This document shows, one piece after another, positions 35,270 to 45,600 of a DNA stretch of 64,000 nt; position 1 is the stretch's first letter; each line of letters begins with the position of its first letter. Source of the stretch: Guillardia theta CCMP2712 (lineage: Eukaryota; Protista; Cryptophyta); NCBI RefSeq assembly GCF_000315625.1, contig NW_005434608.1, forward strand, positions 381,747 to 445,746, given 5' to 3'. The translations under genes and the position numbers were made by a program. The notes below the pieces were generated by a model that saw nothing but the letters and a program-made list of their open reading frames with translations, was not told the DNA's origin and searched no databases.

Positions 35270-38200
35270 CTATGTGACCTCCTCGTCCGTGATGAAGTGG
35301 CTACCACCAGCACATTGGTAGCCTCCATCAACCTTGATCCACTCAAAGTCCATCGGGCACCTTCCGAGCGCCTTGATCCTCTCCTGCCTCGCCTCCTCCT
35401 CCGCAGTCTTCTGTTGCCCTTGCTGAAGGATGAGACGCCTGACCTGCTTCAAGAAAGGAAGCCTGCATCCTTCTAACCCGTACCGCACCTTGTCCTTGTC
35501 CTGAAACCCTCCTTGTCTCATCACATGATCCACTACACGATCGTCGATGGATCGACTGAGCATGGCCTCCAGGTCATCGAGGGAGTAGCCCAACTCCTTG
35601 CAAGCTTGCTCCAGGAGGGGAGATAGCAGACTGGGATCTGCCGAAGAGCTGTCTTGCTTTCTTGTGTTGAGAAGGACTTTCTTGATGTTTCTGTTCCTCA
35701 CAGGTTTAGCTGCTGCAGGAGGAGTCGCCATGGGAGCTTCGAGGACATTTCCTTGTGATGTTGAAGATGCTGGGTGAGCAGGCGATCTCAGCCATGAGCT
35801 GTGTTGGCTCGGCTCAGCAGGAAATGATTCTTCCATTCGAGTCTCCTTGCGCTCGTTCTTGACGTCCTCCTCCATCTCCTTCTCCGTGCCAACCTGACTT
35901 CTTCGTTGAAAGATCTCTGAGAACGTTTTCTCGATGTCCTCACTCGTGTACGATCCATCCACACTTTGACTTGGGGTAGTTGATGCTTCGCGCAGGCGAT
36001 AAGCACGGTGGCGGTACAGCCCCTGTACAAGCAGTCAGACGTTCGAGCGTGAGATGGGAGACAATACCGTGAGGACGATCTCCACCACGTCTCGAGCTGA
36101 AGCCCATCCTTGTAACTTGGTCAGCCTCTCGTACTTCTGCAGGAGAAGATCGTGGCATTTCGATGAAATCTCGATCCCAGCCCTCTTCACTTCCTCGATC
36201 GTAGCATTCAAAGCTTGACTGGCCGTCCATGCGTCAAATGTCAACCTGTACTTGTCAAAGCGACTTCGGAAACCAGGGTTCACACTCTTGAACAGCTTAT
36301 CCATCTCTTCTTCATAACCTGCAAGGATCACCAGCAGATTTCCCTTGAACTCCTCTTCGGTCATCAACGATATCATCGTCTCTACAGCCTCCATCGCGTA
36401 CGATGACGTGTAAGTCTCGTTGCTGTGCTTCGAGTTGCAGAGGCTGTACGCCTCATCCACGAACAAGATTCCTCCTTTGGCCCGGCTCATCGCCTTTCTC
36501 ACGATCGTCTTGGTCTCTCCCACATACGTCCCTTGCAGAGATGTGCCGCTGACGACGATGACATCATCAGAGGGGAGCACGTGCAGCTTCTTGAACAGCC
36601 TCCCCATCCGTCTCGCTACTGTCGTCTTCCCTGTCCCCGGTGGTCCAACAAAGACCATGTGGCTGTCAGCCAGCACGTCTGCTGGATCCCGCTCCTCTCT
36701 CTCCGCGATCGAGACCATGGCGATGATCTGCTCCACCATAGTCTGCACGTTGGAGATGTTGTAGAGGCCGGCAAAGATGGCATCCACCGACTCGTCGTCG
36801 TTCTCTATCTCAAAGTCAGCCAATGTGAGGACGTTCCACTCCATGGCTGATCCAGCAGCCGTTGAGAGCCGTCTGGCCTTGTTGACCTGCAGTGACTCGC
36901 GTTACACTGGGTAACGATCTCAAAGCAGGAGCTCGCCTTGGCCTTGTTCACCAGAGAGGCAACAGTCGCTGCGTTCCTGGTCCCGTGCAGTCAGCGATCA
37001 AGGCAGGAAGAGGCGGCTGGGCGAGTGGTACCCGAAGTTAGGGAGCCTCCTCCGCTGCCAGAGAAAGCGAGAGATGGTAGGGATGTCTTCAATGTCGGCG
37101 AACTTGAGGCCCTCGTCCTTGACCTTCATGGTCAGGACCTGCTGCATCTCGTACTCGTTGAGGTCCTCAAAAAGAAGCCCGAAGTCATCAAAGTTGAATC
37201 TTCGCTTCAGTCCCGCGTTGTTCTCAAACATGTCCTTCATCTCTTGTTTGTAACCTGCCAACATACTTCATCGATGTAGATAAGCGAACACTTGTCTCAC
37301 CCGCAAGAATGACTGCAGACCGGCATGTGATGAAGCGAACGCAGCTGCGAGTCAGCAAATGACAGGAGCGCACCACAACAATTCAACCTGCGATGTCGCT
37401 GCCTGCTTCACCATCCAGCTTCTCCACCAGGGTGTCCAGCACGTTCCCACCATATTGGTTGGCCTTGCGGTTGGGGTCGAGGATGTACGCTTCATCGATG
37501 AAGAGCACCTTACCTCGCGCCTCCTCTATCACGTTCTTGGTGATAGTCGCCGCCGATCCTTCAGCGTTGCCTGTCAGGTCGGAGGGAGTGACTTGGATCA
37601 GGTCCCCTACGGAAAGGAGGGAACATTCTTTGAGGAGCTGACCGTACAGTCGAGCTACTGTTGTCTTCCCGGTCCCTGGGTTCCCATAGAAGATTCGATG
37701 CAAGGAGATGCTTTCAGGTTTCCCTCCCAGCAGCTCGTTCTGGTACGAAATGGCGCACAACTCCACCAGTTTGGTCATCTGCTCCTTGACATTCTTCAGC
37801 CCGATCATCTTGTTCAGTTGCGCTAGTGTCTTGTTGTCTTCTACTGAAGGCTTCGTCCCCAGGGCGTCTTGTGTGGTTATTGTTCGATACTCCTCCACCC
37901 TGACCGGTTTGTTCGCCAGCTTCAAACTTCCCAATCGTTCCATCTGATTGTGTACAATGTTCTCCACGATCTTTTCCACGTCCAGCGCATTTCCGAATCC
38001 CACCTTTGGTCGATTGCCAACGAGCCTTCTGGCCAGGGTTTGAGAGAGGTCGATCTTACACAGATGCTTCGGCTCCAAGTGAAGGCCTCTTTCCCTTAGA
38101 AACCGAATGAACAGGCGCTGGAGTTGACGCTCGCTGAAGTCAGGCAGCTCGATGGTGTGGATGATGGAGGTGAAGGGAATGAGATGCGTCGACAGCCTCT

Positions 38201-41200
38201 CTCTTACCAGCATGCGGTCCCCGATGATGATGAAGTTTGTGTTGACTCGGTGACGACGGATGAAGGCGAAAAAGCTGTCCAAGACTTGATTCGACTCGTT
38301 GGGCTGCTGATCTTTGGGCCTCGGGATCAACTGGTCCACGTCATCAAGGACGAAGCATCCTCCGATCGCCTGCGTCATCAACGTCTCCAGTCTTTGCGCC
38401 GGGTCCTTCTCCTTGAGAACGTCGAAGGTGCTCGCCTCAACAAACTTCGCCTCCTCGGATGCAAGCTGACACATGGAGCGGCCCAACAGCTTCCCAGCTG
38501 TAGTCTTCCCGGTCCCTCGGTTGCCGATGAGGAGGAGGCACTGAGAAGCATGAATGTGGTGCTTGATGGGCGAGTCCTTGTTGAGAAGCGCCTAACGCCA
38601 GCAGGTCACTCGTACGACTTGTCGCTGCCTCCGTTACCTTCTTGACATGCACCAGGGCATATCGTTTGAGCTCCGACAAGCCTTCTAGACCTATCAGCCT
38701 GCGAGGTAGCGTTAGATCCACAGGGAGCAGCGCAAGCATATTGTGCGCTTACTGGTCCAGCGACTCTGAAGTGAAGCCGTATGCAGTCTTGGCAGCTATC
38801 CATTCTTTCTCTTCTTGGGATGTCTTCTTCTCAAACAGCCGCAGGTCAGCAGTCAGAGGCTGCTCCTTGAGCTTTCTCAAGTTGTCTTGCTTGACAAGCT
38901 CATAGGTATCCGTGTGAACATTCAGGTGATGAAGAACCATCAGCGCACAAGCACTCTGAAGCTCTTCAGGCATGGTCAGATCGCTTGTTAGCAAAAAGTG
39001 GAGATAGTAGACGTAAAAGAAGTAGGGATCGATCACTATAGTCTTGTGCCTGATGACATCTTGGATGTAAATGTCGAGCTGCTTCTCGGCCTCGTCGATG
39101 CTGAATCCTCTTTCAATCAGCGAGCAGGCATAATAAATTCGAGCATCCATGTTTGTTTTGCACCCATCTCTGCACTTCTCCATGAACGGACGGTTGATGG
39201 CGTCTTGTGATGTGAGACGCAAAACATCTTCCCGTAATGACAAGATCTCTTCTGACAGCATCGGTTCAGCTCGAGAGAGAATGCTGCAAATAATCTTGGC
39301 CCTGTCATGATCTTTCAATCTCATGAAGAAATTTCCTTGCCGGATGGCATGATGTACATCTCTTTCTCTTCCGCCTGCCAGAAATATTCCATCTTCGAAC
39401 ATAGCTACACTCTGAAAGAAATGGTTTTCAGTCCAGATGTTTGCTCCAGCTTTTATGAGAGCATGTAACGACTTTTTCAACCCGGCCAGGCTCAAGTAGT
39501 GAGCTATAGTATTCCCAAATCGATCGCGCAGGTTCAGCATGTCAGCCATTGTCTTGATGACTCTGGTCATTTGACTTCCATCGTATTCTTCTCTCAACTG
39601 AGAATCTTCTGCTTCCATCGACTTCTGTATCGAATTGACTATCGCGTTGTTCTTCCGTTCGCTGCTGATCGCTCCGAAAGTTTGCATTCCTCTGCTCACG
39701 AGATGATTCTGCTCGGGCTGACGTTGGACCGACTTGTTCTCTCCCTGACTCACTGGCAGCACATCGAAGGCAGGAAAGGGAGGAAAGTCAGCAAATCTCG
39801 GTCGAGATCGAGTCGGAAGGGAAACAAGGCGAGAAGCGTCGACTGACTGAGTCGCTCCATTGATCTCCACCTTCCTCTCACTAGCTTCAAGCGTGTGCTC
39901 CTCCACCGAAAGTTTTCCCACTGAAAACTCAGAAAAGCTTTCGCACTGCCCTGTCAAACCCTGAGACAGAACAAGCACATACATGTTCTTCGATTCGGGC
40001 AATCTGTCCTGATTGGCATTCTTAGTCTGCACTCGTCTTGCGAGATCTCTGTCAAGACTGCAACAGCTGATGGCCTTCTTGTATTCATCGCAGGTAATGT
40101 AATCATTACACGCCGGCAAGGAATCAAAGATCTGGCTCACTTGATCCTGGTGGATTCTTTGCTGCAGGCTCTGGAAAAGAACTTCAGAGAGTACTCGTCC
40201 TTTGCGCTCTTTGTCAAGTCTGTTAAATTCGTAGTTGAGATCTGGAACATGAAAGTCAGGGCAGTTCTCTCGTGCCTCATCACACTGCACGCAAGAAGCT
40301 TGTTTCAAACTTGACACTCGTGAGCACTGCTTGCATCGATAAAAGGTTCGCAAGTTTCCACACATCTTGCAGCCTTTCATTCCCCGATTTCCAGAATATC
40401 CGCAGGAATCACACTTCCAAGTAGCGACATGTTTGCTGATGATCATTTGAGTCATCTTGTCGTAGTCATCGTGTCCCATCAAGATCGGACGAGAGCGAGC
40501 AAGCTTGAGTTTCATTCTCTTGCGATGCCACTCGATGAAGTACGCAAGCGCTTTTTCATCCGAAACAGTCTTCAACTCCCACAGTCGTGACCATGCTTGA
40601 AGCGTGACAAGACGAGTGATTTTCTCGACGTCGATCTCGCTGCTGACACCAAGTTTTGACAATGCTTCTATGAGCGACTTCTCATCGTCCTCGTCAAATT
40701 GAGCAGCATGGGAAGATTTGCACAAAGCGCTGGAGGGAAGTAAGCAAGGTCGTGAGCTTTTAAAGTCCATCCAGACGACTTGTACATTTCTCTGAATACT
40801 TTCGCGCATCACTCCGGCATGTACTACAACCCCAACAGCATTCTTGCCTACCTTGACAGTTTCTGGACTTCCCAATTGGACCACATCTCCTCGCCGAAAA
40901 ACGTTAGCATCTTCAGGTCTGAGATCTTTCCCATCGAAGAACTCTATCCTAAACGGATCTTCTTCTGCATAGACTGCGACGTTTTTCATTCCTTCTCCAT
41001 CAACATTGCCCAAGGAACATACGACAACTCCGACTTTTTGCTGAGTAGCAGTGCCTAAGACTGTAGAGTTCCCCTTATACTGGTGATCTAGTTGTACTCT
41101 GGTTCCGCCCTGCAAATAATCACACGGCACCAACAATATCGCCAGACCTCTGATTTTGCAGTTGATGCCGCCTGAATCATGCACATGTATTCTTACAACT

Positions 41201-42535
41201 TTTGCATCGCTGTTCGTAAGCATTGTGAAACTTTTGAGATCGTCAGACTTCGAAATCGGCAGCTTCAGTTTTCCCTCAGATCGAAGCTTTGATTGCACTT
41301 TCTTGGATGTCAAGACCTCAATTTGCTTCGGGCAATAACTATCATCGCTACCTTTAACAAACATTTGAACAGACTTGATGAGGTAGCCTTCGGCAATGTG
41401 AGCCTCAACCCAGTGCTCGCCAGAACGACCATCCGATTGCCAATATGTGGACTCATCTTGATCAAAGAGCCGGTCAAGTGTTGACGACTTACTTGAACTC
41501 TTCATGTCAATGACTCCTGCAGGACCTGAACAAGCAACGTGGAAAGTCAGAAAAGCCGGAGCCCGGCATTTGCAGCAATGTTATGTACAAACGTGGAAAT
41601 GAAAGCATCTGCATTCCCACTTAAAACTCCCATCCTGCTTGACTCACCACTAAAGCTTGAATCGTCGCTAGCGCTTGATTCTCCGCTAGAGCTTGATTCT
41701 CCGCTAGAGCTTGATTCCTCTGAGCCCTTGCTAGAGCTTGAGTCTGTGCTCGATTTATCTGTGCTCGATTTATCTGTGCTCGATTTATCTGTGCTCGATT
41801 TATCTGTGCTCGGGTTGTCTCCAGGCGAGATTGGCACATCTTCTGCTGGCATCCATCCAAACCTTGTTCCATCCGCAAAACTCAGATCCGATGCGGAGTA
41901 GGTGCAAATAGCGCCACTGAAACCAAATCAAACACGTCTCACACGCACAAACACGCGCACTTCTTTAACGACGCCACTTTGACCTGATAGTCTTGAGAAG
42001 CTCCTTGGACTTCAAGCAAGTGACGGCTGGTCTCTAGCACTATGCCATATCGATCTTCCTGTGAGAATCCCAGGCAGTGGTGAAAGTCTGCAGCACAGAA
42101 GGAAAGCTCAGCATCAACAGGTACTGATGACATGCGCTTCTTTGAACTCAGAACCACGAGGTCGCCAGCCTGAAAATCATCGAAATTTTCCAGAACCGTG
42201 TCTCCGACTGCTTCGTCCTCGACCTTAACATCGGATTCTTGCACAGAGCTTCTTGATTGCAAGAATTCAAGAAATGCTTCATCGGTCTGTTTGATAGATT
42301 CTTTGTTCAGAAACCACGTGATCTCGTCCTCCACAAACGTTAAACTCTGTTCTTCTGGATTACAGCCTTGAAAGCATTTTGCTAATTGCGTGGAGGTTGT
42401 CATGAAGCCGGCATTGGATTTCTTGACAAACAAGGTGGTGAGGTCGAGCTCGACTTCACCCTCGTTGCCGTCAAACTTGAAGTCTGCGATCTCGTCCAGC
42501 CGGAGCGACTCATGCCTCGACAGCGACGGCGGCAT
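35270..42535 (-). CDS. large multidomain protein: DOC/APC10 + SH3-like repeats + RanBP2-type zinc fingers + EF-hand-like + ankyrin + three SpoVK/CbbX-type AAA+ modules + Cys/His C-terminus
   Basis: DOC: LFDQDESTYWQSDG..HWV...DDSYCPK...GGINCKIRGL. Zinc fingers: WKCDSC...CKMC and YRCKQC...CVQC. Ankyrin: DRFGNTIAHYL...LIKAGANIW. Walker A GNRGTGKT, GNPGTGKT, GPPGTGKT; Walker B VLDDVD, FIDEAY, FVDEAY. Tail CPMDFEW...GYQCAGGSH. The ORFs are separated by short GT-AG introns. Confidence 0.85.
41655..41812. repeat. coding tandem repeats: 15-bp (TDKSS)n and 18-bp (ESSSSG)n
   Basis: CTCGATTTATCTGTG x4 and GCTTGATTCTCCGCTAGA x2-3, encoding a Ser-rich linker in the AAA+ gene. Confidence 0.9.
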
Positions 42536-42649
42536 GTCGGACCCCAGCAAAGCCGACGAGGTACAAAACGTGTCGAGTTGCGAAAAGAGGTTTTTTCATA
42601 GGAACAGAACGTGTCAAGAGGAACAGAACGTGTCATAGAGCGACTCGGC
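42536..42649. promoter_or_regulatory. putative compact bidirectional promoter with three AACGTGTC motifs
   Basis: 114 bp between divergent ATGs (42535 -, 42650 +). Direct repeat GGAACAGAACGTGTCA at 42601 and 42620, plus AAAACGTGTC at 42565. Confidence 0.55.
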
Positions 42650-45600
42650 ATGGGTTGCGGCGGAAGCGTCCATGCCACCTCCAGCCCGTCAGAGGTTCCG
42701 ATCGACGTGGCCACGAGTGAGTTTCCGCTGCATGCTAGGTTCCAAAGAGAGACCGCGTCCATCGCTGCAGCTGACATGAGCACGCTCAAGTCTACCAATC
42801 CAGCAATCTACCTGTGCAAGGGGCCTGATCGAAGCCTCCTGCACAAGCTGGAGATGAAGATGCGGTCGTCAGGGTTTTATGTCCTCGACATAGCAAACGT
42901 TCCCAAGGACGTGTTTTTGAGTCACTCGTGGCAGAACAAACTTGATGGGACCAGCACTCATGAACAAGTCAAACGAATTAGTATCGAACTAGAGAAGCGA
43001 GGATGGTCGACTTTCTTGGATGAGAATGACATGAAGCCTAATCTGAAATCTTGCATGGCTCAGGCGATAGAGCAGTCATATGTCGTGATCATCTTCTTGA
43101 CCAAGAGTTACATGGACAAGGTGAACAACGATGACGTCAACGACAATGTCTGCTTCGAGTATTCAGCGACTATCAGCCAAAAAGGCTCGGGAAGAATGTT
43201 TATCCCTGTCATTCTTGAAGAATTCGAAGTGAGAAAAGGGCTGCAGTTTCCCAAGGACTCGAAGGCATGGTATGGGCCCGTAGGAGCTGAGATCGGGAAG
43301 AGGAGGATGTACCTTGATTTCCTGAATTCCACAATGTTCGAGACCAACATGAATCGACTTGATCAAGCTCTGAAGGAGCTTGTTCCCATCAAGCACTCTC
43401 CAGCTGCCAAGATGTATAACACGATATCATCAGGAATCATGAGAAGCGATGTGGTCGTGATCTTTGTTGGCAAAGGGACCCTGCAATGTAGCACTGTGTC
43501 TGAGGAGTACATGGTGGCAGTCAGCATCCAGAGACCAGTGTTGCTGGTGATGTATGACAGAGATGTTTCGGTAGAAGAATGTACCCGCATGTTTCCTTCC
43601 AATCATGTTCTGAATCTGTCGGATAGCTCTTTGCAAGTGGGGGATCAGGGCTGGTCGGAAGCAGTTTATGCGAAAATTCTGCAGATCTATGAGCAAACGA
43701 ATGAAATTGACACGAATGCCACGTCAGCCGGGAGGTCTCAAGACCAATCAGAGCCAACAAGTAAACGAGATGTCGATGCAACAAGGTCTTTTTCAGTGGA
43801 AGAAGTTGTGGGATGTATTGGGGGCCGAATAGTTGCGTCAAGAATCGAGTTCAATGATTCTCATGTCATAGCACAAGGTGCGTGTGGTAGAGTTTATCGT
43901 GGAACACTGCAATCTATAGGCAATGTAGCTGTAAAAGTTCTCTCACCCATTAATGGCAAACCACCTAGCAAAGAGCAATATGATCAGCTTGTTAGAGAAG
44001 CAAAGATTCTCAGGGTAGTGCGATCGCCTTTTTTTGTTCAAATGCTCGGAGCCTGCAACATAGACGACGATAATGCTGACTCGACAGCAATTTTGGATTT
44101 CCGTTCAATCGTTTTCACCTTGTACGAGAACGGAACACTTCATCAGCATCTCTTCGATGCAAACTATAGCAAACTCCCTTGGAAGCTTCGACTGCAGATC
44201 TTGTGGCAAGGTCTTGCTACACTTGAGAGCTTTTGAAGCGACTGACTTGTATACAGCTGCCCGTGGACTGGTAGAGTTGCATAATCTTGGGGTTTATCAT
44301 CTAGATTTCAAGCCGGCGAATATCCTTCTTGATGAGAAGATGAACGCAAAGATTGGTGACTTCGGGCTCTCCAAGGTGATTCACAACCAGGCTGATACCA
44401 TGGACTCCCGACTGCTGCTTGCCATGTCAAGAACCCGCCATAGTGCAGCAGGCACAGGTCAAATCTTGCTTTGAAAAGCATTTTGCATACGTTGATGACT
44501 GGTGGATGTTGCAGACGGATACATGTGTCCCATTTACGTACAAACCAAGAGGATTTCACAGTACATCGATATCTACAGCTTCGGAGTGAGTTTGATGCAA
44601 ATCGTCCGCAAGGAGCATGCCGTCACTGGCGATCAAAAGCTGCTCACAGAGAAAGTTGCAGATGACGTTCGCACGAATGATTTGAGCCAGTGGAGGTATG
44701 ATCGGGAAGCAGACTGGGACGCCGGAACAGCGAGTGATATCACGTTGTTTGCGTTGCAATGTACAGACCTGAAGGAGAGCGAAAGACCTTCAGTCGAACA
44801 AATCCACATTCAACTTTCGTCCGCCCTCGGAGTGCATCAGCGCATCGATGACACACCATACCTGTTCATCCGAGTGAAGTTTGAAGGGCATCGGGAGCTA
44901 AAGAAAGTGTGTGTTAGCATCAACGCGGACCTTGACAGCGTGAGGGAGAAGCTGAGAAGTCAATTCAGACTCAACTGGAGGTCGTGTGAAAGTATCACGT
45001 TGAAAGGAAGGCGCTTGTCGGAACTGTTCATAATCAGGGACATGATGTCTCCGGGGTTCGACCCGAGCTTTGACGTCAAGACGGACACTCTTTATTTCCA
45101 GTCAAGCGTGCGGGCTGAACCAGAGCAAGTGGAGGAGAACAAGTCGAAGCAAGCAACGTCCATGAGCTCCAACAAGTCCATCAAGGCAAAGCATCGTCCC
45201 ATCCTAAGTGCATTGGCGATCGCTGCTGCTCCAGGTTCACCCCAGGAAATCAAAGAAACCATTGCGCCTTCTCTAGATATTCTATCGAGTGAAGGAATCA
45301 ACCTTAAAGATGTTTACGAGAAGATCTCACAAGGTAGCAGAGATGCTGAGAAATTGGCCCAAGGCTTATCAAAGAAAGAAAAATTGTACGTCATGCATAT
45401 TTTGGAGCTGCTGAAAAACAAAAATGCAAGAAAGATAGCAAAGCTTGCAGCTCGAGACATGCGCTCAGCTTTGTCTCAATCGGATTCATCGTCGGGTTCA
45501 CCGTCAAGCTCATCGTCAGAATCTGAATCAGAAAAGAAGGATAGTGGACAGGAGAAAACGAAGAAGAAAAAGAAGTATCAGATAGTCTATGAACGTTTCA

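Noticed and set aside
36035-38486. Rubisco activase CbbX
   Set aside because: Three tandem AAA modules inside a giant protein with no plastid presequence; same family, not the orthologue.
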